Shown here in pieces: positions 27,264 through 38,157 of a stretch of 64,000 nucleotides of DNA (positions are counted from its first letter, which is position 1; each line of letters begins with the position of its first letter). The position numbers were made by a program, and so were the translations under genes. Below the pieces are notes generated by a model, which saw nothing but the letters and a program-made list of their open reading frames with translations, was not told the origin of the DNA and did no database searches. Where the stretch lies: positions 2,046,001 through 2,110,000 of the forward strand of contig JBHGNT010000008.1 of the NCBI GenBank assembly GCA_043228905.1, written 5' to 3'. The DNA comes from Azolla caroliniana (taxonomy: Eukaryota > Plantae > Polypodiophyta).

Positions 27264-27622
27264 GGATGGAACCGGCGACGGGACCAACGACGCAACCAAT
27301 CAGGCGGAGACTGGGCGGATTGGATGGGCGACGATCGAGATGGACGGATGATAGGATCATGCAGCGAATTAAAGTAAAGTAAAGTAAAGTGAAGGTGATG
27401 TGGACGCATGTAACTGAAGTTAGAGGGCATGCATAAAGTAAAGGTCATGTGGAAGGCATGCAAAAGAAAGGTGGAGGCCATGCAACTAAAGTAAACGCCA
27501 CGTGGGACGCATGCAATGGAACTGGAGATGCAAACTGAAGTTCCTTCATGGAAGTGTATTTGCGGGAACAAAACTATGAATCCTAATTTTCTTAGGGGGA
27601 CCATCCATCAATCAAAGATATG

Positions 27623-27870
27623 ATCCAAAAACCCAAAATTTCCTATAGAATCCAAAAACCCTAAATTTCCTATTGAATTCAAAAACCCTAAATTTCCTAT
27701 CGAATCCAAAAACCCTAAATTTCCTATCGAATCCAAAGACCCTAATTTTCGGATCAAAGCCATATCTCTCATATAACCCTAATTTTCCATACGGAAGCTA
27801 TATCTTTCAAAAGCCCTAAATTTCTTATCTAAGCCATATCTTGGAAAACCCTAACCCTATTTTTCTTTCT
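27623..27870 (+). repeat. 27-bp minisatellite ATCCAAAAACCCTAAATTTCCTATCGA, 4-5 good copies then decayed ones
   Basis: Units start near 27623, 27650, 27677, 27704 and 27731. Most contain the telo-box AAACCCTAA. Confidence 0.85.
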
Positions 27871-29323
27871 TATCGAAGCCTCATAATTCCTTAACTTTTA
27901 TAATCCCAATCTTGGGATTGGTTGTAATCTTTCTTTTCCTTTGGTAATGAAAAATATTAAAATTTCTGATTTTCGTTAATTCTTAATACGTAACATACGA
28001 ATTTGATATCCTCTGGTCGGAGGCCTCGAGGTCCTACCTCAAGTTCACGTATCCTTGTCGTATTTTCGCGACATCGTGCGTTTCTTCTACCCGTGCTTGG
28101 TATTGATCGACCACGTTCCCTTTTTGTAGAAGTCCATCGACATCAGATTAATCTTTGATCCGTGGTTGATCAATGCTATGAACGAATCCTTCACGTCTCC
28201 AATCAGGACCGGCGTCTCCGTCGATGCTCTTGCCCAATGTGGCCTCATGTACTAGCTATCTGAGTGCTCTCTTCTACCACTACATCATCTATTGCCACTG
28301 CGCTTACATCAATGGGTTTCACGCTCTCTCCCTCTATCAAGAGTCGCTTCCTCTTCACGAGGTCGATAAACATATCGTGGAATTCTTTCTTAGCTATCCC
28401 TAGAACTTCCCTGAAGGTTAACTCCACGTAGCTGTCGAGGATTCTCTCCTCCAGGACTTTTTGCAAGTCTGTCGATTGATTAATCTATGAGTTTAGCCAA
28501 AAGCTCGGGAGCTTTGCCTTTCCCCTTTCTCCTTCCGGGTCGGCCGGATCGCCCTCGCCTATTTTCTTCCTGTTCTGAGTATCATAGCTTCCTGAGGGGC
28601 TTGCCCCTCTGCCCTTTTCCGACTTGTCTCTTGTCGAGTAGAACCTCGTAGTTCTAGCATAGTTCATCCACGAAGTCGGTCCTCTCTTCCACCGGATCGT
28701 CCCATCCGGTAACCTCCCGGACTTGCTGCTACACACAAAGGACTTCTTCTCAGAGAAGCCTTCTAGTACGACTAGCTAGAATCCAACGTTGTTCCTCGCT
28801 CCTACATTTTTATTGCCACCTACCCGTATGTTGGCCAATGCCGAGTAGTGGACGACCTCGACATGTCGTGCCTCCGCTTCCTCAATTATCCTCTTCATGC
28901 CACTTCGTCCGATGTTCATCTTTATGGTTTGCAGCTCGGCTTGGGAGGGACCATTGGGGTCACGAACTAGGGAGGAAGGAAACATGAGGCTAACCTTGGG
29001 TTCCTTGTGTGGTGGGCCAGGCCGGTCCCTCCCACAACCCCTATCAACACTTTGTAATCGTGCCAGATGCAATTAGATAGAGGGAGAAAAGGGGAACACA
29101 TTCATGCAGATACAATCCAATAAAGAGAGAGAGGATGACAAAAACAGATGACGCAAATTCAATCACAACACGCTTTGACTAGAGTAAAGACAGAACCTAA
29201 ACACAACTTATTACAATCGTGGCATCGAGCCGGCGAACATCAATCAATACACAATGAATATCCAAAAGCAACCCTCCAATCGGGGAGCTCTTGGCCTCAT
29301 GACACTAGAAACCCTAAGAGCAT

Positions 29324-30201
29324 TGTCAGGGAGGATTTCGGCCATAGGGAGAAATCTTGTCGACCACGTGTGAACGAGGATGTGCACATTTGCACATGAA
29401 AGGTCCTTTGTGTAAAAACATGTAAATAAAGAAAGTATTAAACAAGTACAATACAACATAGTAATTAGGTACTTTTGTGATCTCATGAAATGAGGGGAAT
29501 AATAGGACATGATGGAAGGAAATCATGGGAAAATCCTTGACAGAAACGGTTGTCATACCGATGTAACGACCTCTCCTTGTGATATAAAAAGGGGGGAAGA
29601 AGACTCAGAGGGGAGCCATCGTTTTGGAGGGGAAGGTGTTGTCGTTTCAGGATCTTGAGCATTGTTGTAAAAATTCATCACTATGTGCGGATCGTGAGGC
29701 GGAACCGCCGGGGTCCTCGATCGGAAGGAATCGAAGTTTGTACTAGCTTTAGCGAGAAAGTATTTAAGATGATATAAAAAGGGGGGAAGAAGACTCAGAG
29801 GGGAGCCATCATTTTGGAGGGGATGTTGTTGTCATTTCAGGATCTTGAGTGTTGTCGTAAAACTTCATCACTATGTGCGGATCGTGAGGTGGAACCGCCG
29901 GGGTCCTCGATCAGAAGGAATCGAAGTTTGTACTAGCTTTAGCGAGAAAGTATTTAAGATAGATTGAGATAGATATTGAACCCTTGACTTTAGATTTGAG
30001 AGACAAGATACATCACCAATTGGATAACGAATTTTCTCTTTATTAATTTCTTGATTAGTATATAGCTTGCTTGATACCCTTTTGTTTTTCCTCCCCTCTT
30101 TTATAGATTCCCCCATGCATATGATGCATGTGAGGGTACAAGACATGCATACAATGCATGTTTGCCATTCGGTGCTCATGCATTACATGTGACACATGAC
30201 A
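29324..30201 (+). mobile_element. Probable solo LTR or LTR fragment with an internal 190-bp tandem duplication
   Basis: Starts TGTCAGGGAGGATTTCGGCC. TATAAAA occurs near 29584 and 29774. A possible end is CACATGACA at 30201. The flanks AGCAT and ACCGT match only partly. Confidence 0.5.
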
Positions 30202-31701
30202 ACCGTATAAGAATTTACATGTAAAAGTGCAATGATGAAAACATAACTTTTAAATACATGACTTGGCTTAGTGGTAAGCCTATTGGCTCTTATCTTTGAG
30301 GTGCAAGGCTCAAATTCTTAGTTGCACCCCTTTTTATACAAAGTTTTACTAAGCTTTAGTCTTGTATTTACAAATGTTTAACCGAAAATCTTCACAACAA
30401 CGTACGTTGCGACCGAACCGTGACAGAGTCGTGCGTCCGTCGCGACCAAGCGCAACAGAGAGCCGTGCGAACCGCAACCATTCCAAGCAATTCATCCACA
30501 TCTATCTATCCAAACAATGTGGTTTGAATCAATTTAACCATTCTATGCTCTATACATAAAGATATAAAACAAAAAGTTTTGGATCTGGTTATATAATATA
30601 GGATCCAGATATGTCCTATCTATGTGGGATATCTCACAATTTTTTTTTCCTCTTCTTCTTAAACTTCACACTCACATAACTTGATATTTAGTTGTCTGTT
30701 TCATATGTAGTAAAATGCGCTCAGAAGCTCTTGAAGGCATCTATCTTTTCGTACCAAGATATTAAAAACTAATCTAAAATAATACCTTCTGACTATTGTT
30801 TCATATCGTTTGTGAAGAACCACACTTGATTTTGTATGTTCCTCGCAATTTTCACACAGATGCTGAAAATCTTCACAACAACGTTGTCAGTTTTTTTATC
30901 TGTGCTGGTTCGAATAGATAGGTGTGAGGCCTCTGTTCGCGTAGGAAGCCCATGTGCGCCCAACCAGAGGCTCACCAGTCGGTGTGTTTTGTTGAGCTCG
31001 AACCTCGGTTTCACGACCCTTAGGCCATTCTTTGTATTTTTTTCTATTTTAATGATTATTTGGTGTTGTTGTACCCGGATACTCCTCTTGTGATCTCTGT
31101 TTCATGCTCTCTGAGTTGGGTCAGTATTCACATCTTGATTGTGGTGTCCAGGAGCGTGTCGCTCTGCGTTATCTTTTGTGATTCGGAGCCCGTGTGCTCA
31201 ACCTCCGATATCCACTGCTATTGTTGGATCGGACACGGTTCCCTAAGCCCGTGCAATCATTATCCGACCTCTAGTGACCAAGCTGAACAACCACTATAAG
31301 CTTAGCAGACTCTCTCTCTCTCTCTCTCTCTCTCCGCTCCCTATTATAAGACCCCCATGGTCCCGCTGATCAGACATGTACTCGCGGATATCTGCGACAG
31401 CGTACGAGCTCGTGAAAAACCCTCAGAATAAAGAACCTGTTGAACCCCCCCAAAACCCTAAAGTCCCCTCCTTGCCGATCTCAGTCCTCCCGTTTTATAG
31501 TTTTCAAGGGAAGGGAACATCATTACAACATTATGGAATTTCCTACTTGCACTTGCTACTTACCTTTATATTTAAACTTGGGTTACCTTATCTTTCCTAA
31601 TGTTTGTACATAAATCCCTTTTATGTGTGTGCACATGTGCATGTACCCATTTTTCCCGCCTCTGGTGAAATTTCTCATTGTTGTTGGAAATCTTCACGAC
31701 A
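30202..31701 (-). mobile_element. Cluster of LTR-like fragments in minus orientation, termini at 30399, 30880 and 31701
   Basis: Three copies of AAATCTTCAC(A/G)ACA on the plus strand, i.e. TGT(T/C)GTGAAGATTT on the minus strand. Minus-strand TATA-like boxes lie near 31345 and 31497. Confidence 0.5.
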
Positions 31702-32149
31702 TCGTATTAAGGAGTGATTGCCCTTTTGCATTTTCGAAGCAAAAAGGGAATAAAAGAATTTAATGCAAAAAGAGGAGAACATGGCTTCTTTGGGGCACCC
31801 ATTTTTTAAGGGTACCATTCTAGCCGCTCAAGTTTTTGGGTTTCAAGGATGTGCTCATAGTTTTGCCTATGTTCTTCTTCTTCCTATTTTTTTTAGCTCC
31901 TCCACTTACTTTGGATTTAAAGGTTTTCTTCTTCTTTTGAACATACACTGAGAGTTTGGGTTTTATTTTCTCTCTTCTTCGTGAGTATTAGGGTTCTAAC
32001 TTCTTAGTTCCTCTTCTTCTTCCTCCTCTTCTCAAGTGTACCTTGAGACCAATTCTCTACCGAGCGTCATTAGGTGTTGGTGGCTTCAAAGAAAAGGGTT
32101 CGACTAACTCACTTACCGACCACGTGAAAGGTGGACAAAGTGGGTCGAG

Positions 32150-32400
32150 AAAACTAACACCATTACCTTATCAACAAATTCCACATTTTGATTAAGTTCC
32201 AACTCTAACATTAAAATCTCCCACAAACAACACTTTTCCAATATTCTTATATATAAGAATGTAGCCATCAATATTAGGTATACACTTGGTTTCATGTTCC
32301 CAAGTTTTGATAAAAATAATAATATCTACATATCATAAGCTACATCACTCATATTTATTCCATGGATATCCTCTACAATTCCAAAACATGATTTTGAATT
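32150..32400 (-). mobile_element. Decayed LINE ORF2 endonuclease fragment
   Basis: Minus-strand translation gives WNCRGYPWN, DIIIFIKTWEHETKCIPNIDGY and KVLFVGDFNVRVG, which are APE-endonuclease motifs. Internally deleted. Confidence 0.65.
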
Positions 32401-35152
32401 TTGAGGCAGTTCCATAGGTCATCACTTGCTATGCATTTTGAGTTCCTTTTCTAGTTGTACAGTTTTACCTTTTTCATTCTTTTTAGAGAGAGAGAGAACA
32501 ATAGAGAGACTTGAGAAGTGAACTTATTATGTAGTCTCATGACTAACAAATGGTTTTGTTCATGCTAGACCTTTATTAAGATTAGATAGATGTGTACCCT
32601 TTTTAGGGCAAGGTTGGTGACGGGAGGGTGCCAACCAATTCTCCTTTAAATGTACCAACGAACTACCAAGTTCCTACTAGCGGACTCCCTTAATGACTCT
32701 TAATCTTACCCCTTCGTGAAATCACTTAAGATAATATTATGCTTATAGACTTAACACTTTAAATAGAAAGCCCTTGAAAATAAAAAGTATCAAGGCAACA
32801 TTAAGAAATCACAAACGAAATATTCTAAAACAAGCGTGTACATTTCTAGCGGTATTTATCGTTTCATATGAAAAAGGGCATATTTTAAATTTTGGGTTTA
32901 GTTTCCAAATTTCATGATAGTTGGTCTTTCCATTGATGACCATAACATACTTGCATGTTTTATTTCCATGATAGAGATATCTCATTGTTTTAATGGAGAA
33001 TCTAAATATTAACTCGCTTGACCATGTGCTAGCCACCTAAACTTCCAATGACTTTATTTTATGTGTATGTGTATGACAATAATTCATGTTGGGTAAGAAT
33101 ATCATCCTCTTTTCCTTTTACCATCATTTCTTAAAGCGTTGATGAATCCACTCGTTTTCTAAGCTTGAACATTTCAAACGGAATGTAATTTCATAAAAGT
33201 ACATCAATAACTGAATATTAAAGTTGCTTTAATAAAGACATTGGTTGTTTGTCATGACATATGAAAGCATGATGCAATCATAAACACATGCAATACAAAC
33301 TCATACAAGATAAATATCAAAGTTAATCATGTGATGACTTATGTTATCTATCTCAAGGCAACAAAGAAACTAATTATATTTATGTTGAGGTTTAGAACCT
33401 AAACCTTTGGATGTTATAAGAGAATTATGTGAGTTTGGAAAAACGATCAATCCACACTAGGATAGAACCAATATTACCCTTGGTATGTATGAGGAATAAT
33501 ATTGATATTTCCACTACATGTAATTGTGCATATAGTAGGCATTTAACACAATGCTCTATTTCATCATCATAAATTTGAGTGCTCGATAGACTACAATGGT
33601 CAGTCCATTACAAACACATTTAAGGTGTGGCATTTTTCTTATTTGATATTTTTGACATATGCCGTTCTAGCATAATGAAGAAAGTCCAATGGGCATTGGG
33701 AAAGCCTATTGTGTGCCTTTCTTTTATTGCCCATCGTTATCATTCATTTGGAAAGGGTCCATAGAAATTGCAGTCATTGTTGACTTCTAGTAATCAATCA
33801 TATTGGTATTACAAGGCATGGTGTTGGAACTTAAAACCACAATATTCTTATGGTCTGAAATTGGAGGAAAAATTAGACAATAGCATTGGCAATCCTTTAT
33901 AACATTATAATTGGCATACTAATGTATGAATGGTTCATTATTATAGGGTTGACAAATATTCTAGGAATGCTCATGGTCTTGTCACGTGCCATTATAAGCA
34001 CACTTACAATGAACCTTTCCTCCCACAAGAGACGATTTATATTTTTGTATACTAACTGCAGTAGCGATATATTACCATGCACCTCATGCTAAATCCTCCA
34101 ACAAAGAAGATAATGACATCAAGATGCCACATATTTCTGATAGAGCATTGATTGATGACTCATGACTCATTGATTGCGGAAGGCAACATGAGTTTTGCTG
34201 ATTTTTTTGTTGGTTTTTGAGTTGTTCCTCCGTGTTGTATATATTGATCCCACTAAGGTTAGTCTTTGTGGAACTTCGTGTTGAACTTTGTTGTATTTTG
34301 TTCGCTAACTAATGTGAAGTAGGGTTGTTTTGTGAAAAAAGAAGAAAAAGAAGTGACTCTTGATGCTCTAGAATTTTATTAATAAATGTTGGAATTGGAA
34401 CTCAAGAGTTGGAAAAAGAAGAGAGAAGTGTATGTAAAAATAAGGTTAAAATTGAAAAAGTGGGTAAAGCTTAATCAAAAGTGATCAAAGGTGGGGATTG
34501 ACAATAGAGCGCGATAGTTATATTTAACAAACTTCTGCAAGATAAAACATGCATTGTCAATCAGTCGCCTTCTTTGTGTCAAACACTCCATCTCGTATCG
34601 AAGAGGGTGTGAGCTAAGACATAAGGAAGCGAACCATGGACAAAAGGAACAAACAAATCTTTGTAGTTCCCAAATTCTACGGAGGGACTACAAAGATTTA
34701 GTGGAAACTTCATCGCAAGCACCTCCGTAGAATTTGTTCTACCGAAACTTCATCTAGTAATTTGGTAGAATGGGAGGACCGAGGTGCCACAAGTGACAAT
34801 AGAGAAAAAAGAAACACATCGCACGGATAGGTTTTGTAATCTAATAGATTCGAAGATGCCAAAAGCAATACAATTGTAGTCTGTGATTCACCCTACCCGA
34901 CCCGACCTGCGTAAGTGCCTTGTACGATTTGTTTCGCACAACTAAAAGTATCGGTTTTATGCGATGATGATAAAAGGCGAATCGAAAAAAATACATATAT
35001 AGATAAAGGTGTTCCGCGTGCATCTTTGTGAAGTGCAGTTCTGTGGTTTCCTTTGGAATTGAAGGGCTCTCTAGTTGGACAAGAAGAAAAAGAATTTCTC
35101 ACACCAACAAAAAGCAAAGCAAAGAGATTAATGAGTCAAAGAGACAAGTCTT

Positions 35153-35202
35153 CTCTTCTTCATCATCATCATCTTCTTCTTCTTCTTCTTCTTCTTCTTC
35201 TC
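35153..35202. repeat. (TCA)/(TCT)n tract upstream of the ATL ORF
   Basis: Visible trinucleotide run. Confidence 0.85.
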
Positions 35203-35652
35203 TTTTTGACCTTTTAAATCACTCACTCACTTTCTAACAAAGAAAACAGGGGAGAACAGAGTAAAAACAGAGGAAAACAGAGGAGAGAATTCCCCTGTTC
35301 TAAACACAGGCTCCATGGAAGCTCCAAGATTTCACAATCTTCTATAACACACCCTCAAATTCTTTCCCCAAATTCCACGGAGTCAGCTTCCGTAGAAGAA
35401 ATCAACCCTAATTTTGCTTCCTTCCAAATTCTTCATTCAGTTTCAATTAGAACCCTGGTTTCCGATTTCCGGAGCGACCTTCCATCGAAACCCTAAATTT
35501 CAAATCCTTCCATTTCTCAGGCAAGCCATCACGTCAAAACTGCGATAAATATTCAGTAAAAACCTTACAAGAAGCCCTAATTTCCGATTCAGGATACTGT
35601 TTTAGAAGAAAGGGAACCCCCCTTTATTATCCAATTAAGAGATATACCACAA

Positions 35653-36828
35653 ATGGCTTCTTCGTTTCCATTTTCTCCTCCAGCAATCTCTGAGGATGCC
35701 CCTACTTCTGTAATTCTGGGCAATAAGATCATGATCGCGGCCATAATCACACTGTTCAGTGTGATCTGCTTCATTTTACTGCTCCATCTCTATGTGAGGT
35801 GGCTATGGTGGAGGATCCCTGTTTCGCATAGGCAGTATTACTATGGGAGGAGGAGCTTGGATGAGGATTTGAACCATGGTGGGTCACCATGTGACAACAC
35901 AGGTGGGCTTGAGAAGGAGACTATAGAAAACCTTCCTACTTTTACATACACCAAACATAAGAACAAGGTTTGGTTAGGCCAACAAGAAGAGAAAGGAAAT
36001 GATGAAGAAAGTGAGGGCTTAGATGTGGTTAATGAATGTGCAGTTTGTATCTCTGAGTTCCAGGAGAATGAGCAAGGAAGGATGTTGCCTCCTTGTGGCC
36101 ATAGCTTTCACACCGAGTGTATCGATATGTGGCTTTACTCTCACTCCACATGTCCGCTCTGCCGCACGTTGGTAACTGTGGTCTCGCCCACTCCTCCGGC
36201 ACAAGTCTTGGTTGTCCATGAACACGGAGTCCATCCAGAGGAAGAATCACATGGTATCGATATGCCCACGAATTTCGCCTTCTGGGCCCCTCCCCTTGTT
36301 CCCGATCGCCTTGCCCCACCTCGGACACTTCCATCTCTTGTATCCCCTTTGAGTACCACCACACCATGGCCATCACAGTTATCGCCTAGGGTCACCACAT
36401 CATGCCCATCTTCGTTATCACCGAGTACTACCACGGCATGGTCATCGTCGTTTTCACATGGTGTAATCCCATCGGGGTTATCATATGGTGTTGCAACATC
36501 ACGATCATTCCAATCTTCTCGGCCTCCACCCATAGCTAGGAGATCTTTATCTCACATTAGGATCGATGTCCCGTCAAGTCCCCAATCAATCTCCGTTTCA
36601 AGTTGCCAATCTCCTCGCTCGGAGCAAGGAGCCTCACCCCACCCCATTCGGTCCCCTATTCGATCCCCCAGAATCCGAATGGCCATCAAGAGAATGCTAA
36701 GTGGGCAACCGAGTAGGGAGAAAGATGTTTGTGGGTGTAGTCATGATCATGAGCAAGGGCTTGAAAACATGGCAATGAAAGATCAAACATCAACGTCACA
36801 AGACTACGCTACTCTTCACAACGACTAA
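35653..36828 (+). CDS. ATL-family RING-H2 E3 ubiquitin ligase, intronless, 391 aa
   Basis: N-terminal hydrophobic helix (IMIAAIITLFSVICFILLLHLYVRW), GLD-type motif (GLEKETIENLPTF), RING-H2 CAVC..CGHSFH..CIDMWL..CPLC and a Ser/Pro-rich tail. Confidence 0.93.
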   Translation: MASSFPFSPPAISEDAPTSVILGNKIMIAAIITLFSVICFILLLHLYVRWLWWRIPVSHRQYYYGRRSLDEDLNHGGSPCDNTGGLEKETIENLPTFTYTKHKNKVWLGQQEEKGNDEESEGLDVVNECAVCISEFQENEQGRMLPPCGHSFHTECIDMWLYSHSTCPLCRTLVTVVSPTPPAQVLVVHEHGVHPEEESHGIDMPTNFAFWAPPLVPDRLAPPRTLPSLVSPLSTTTPWPSQLSPRVTTSCPSSLSPSTTTAWSSSFSHGVIPSGLSYGVATSRSFQSSRPPPIARRSLSHIRIDVPSSPQSISVSSCQSPRSEQGASPHPIRSPIRSPRIRMAIKRMLSGQPSREKDVCGCSHDHEQGLENMAMKDQTSTSQDYATLHND

Positions 36829-38060
36829 CTTTGCCCTTCATTATGTGACAATATATTCTTGATTCCATCATGCTCTTATTGAACTCTTTACAAGAAGGAA
36901 TTGGCCCTCGAGAATGAATTAAACTTTATTCCGTATGTTTTCATGGATGAAAGCAAACATACTTAGCGAGAAACATTTTCTACAACAACAAAGCAACTAG
37001 TCATAATTTGTGTGCAAGCTAACAAAGTTTGATTATCGTACATTCCTTGAAGACCATTTTGTGCTTAAGTTGTCTTAAGAAGGAAATTTGCAATATCATC
37101 TTCCAAGTGCTATACATGTACTCAATAAGCAACCCTTGTTGGGAATTTGTATACATAATGGTTCATAAACATACTCACTAATTGTAACTTCAAAGATTAA
37201 TTAACTTGGTTTTCATCAATACAAAGCCAATCAGTTTCAAACAATGCATTTCAATGTTGAGTTCATGTAATTATCAAAATGTTATGGAAAATACTATGTT
37301 CCTATGTAGTGATGCATATTCCCTAGTTCGATGAAATATGTTACCAATGATTATTCATATGGTTATTGTTGGATCTTGTAGGAAACACAAAAAAAGCTCA
37401 AACTTGTTCCCTTCTCTTGTACTACTTCAATTGTTGTAAGGAAAGGAACAACCATCATTTTGTCTTCATCACTATTGTTCCACTATGAAGGCAAGGGATC
37501 AAACACCAATCTCAATTTGGCATGTGCATTATGAACATCCCCCAATCACCACTTGAGAGAAATAACACAAAGTAGATTATTGGATGAAACAAGTTCACAT
37601 TTGACAATTGGCCAAAGGTTGGGTTAAGGTGCTCATTTTGATCTCTTGTGCTCAAACTCTCTCACTCTCTCACTCTCCCATTCCACCATCAACCCGCAAC
37701 CCATTTCCTTCTCTCACTCAATTAATGACAAGTTTTCTTCTCTCACTCACTCATTGACTAATGCTCCTTGATCAATTGATAGTTACACAAAATTATGTAC
37801 ATTAAGCTATATATTAACTTGTGCAAAAACTACAACGTATACAAGGTAAATAACTTTTTATCATCATCCTCTTGTAGTGAGTTAATGAAGAGAGAGGGTG
37901 ACCTTATATAAAGCACCCTCCTCTTACTTCATAGAGTGTCGGTTGTCCTTCCTTGTAATGCTACATTTTTGTATCTCATATTCCCTATTAATATACATCT
38001 TCTTCTTGAGTATTTTATTTTTTCCATTCTATCTAATCTAACTTGTGTTTCTCTCCTCTC

Positions 38061-38070
<10 letters not shown>

Positions 38071-38139
<69 letters not shown>

Positions 38140-38157
38140 ACACACACAACACACACA
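38071..38157. repeat. (CA)n microsatellite of about 32 perfect units inside the 5' LTR
   Basis: Long CA run. The equivalent site in the 3' LTR (near 55985) is much shorter. Confidence 0.95.

Larger units (their letters stand above)
17550..28940 (-). mobile_element. Decayed non-chromovirus Ty3/Gypsy element: gag about 28940-28245, split protease, RT-RNaseH 21334-19427, integrase to 18268
   Basis: Protease ALINHGSKINLM. RT LRFIQDLQLVNKVT, LPQGGTNSV, FLDNI (decayed). RNase H YAQVKRELWGI, IETDCLP. Integrase HESPWAGH..CDSCQ, VADRGE, WFGSY. No chromodomain. The left LTR is present; no matching 5' LTR was found. Confidence 0.85.

Noticed and set aside
21900-27382. Many plus-strand and alternate-frame ORFs, e.g. 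21900-22619 and 26431-26982
   Set aside because: They are shadow ORFs of a GC-rich Copia and its LTRs, with no recognisable domains.
27623-27870. Interstitial telomere
   Set aside because: AAACCCTAA occurs once per 27-bp unit rather than as tandem 7-mers.
29324-30399. MITE or DNA transposon with TGTYGTGAAGATTTTCGG terminal inverted repeats
   Set aside because: The flanks (AGCAT and ACGTA) are not a TSD, and the same terminus recurs unpaired at 16927, 30880 and 31701. Separate, oppositely oriented LTR ends explain it better, though a TIR element is not fully excluded.
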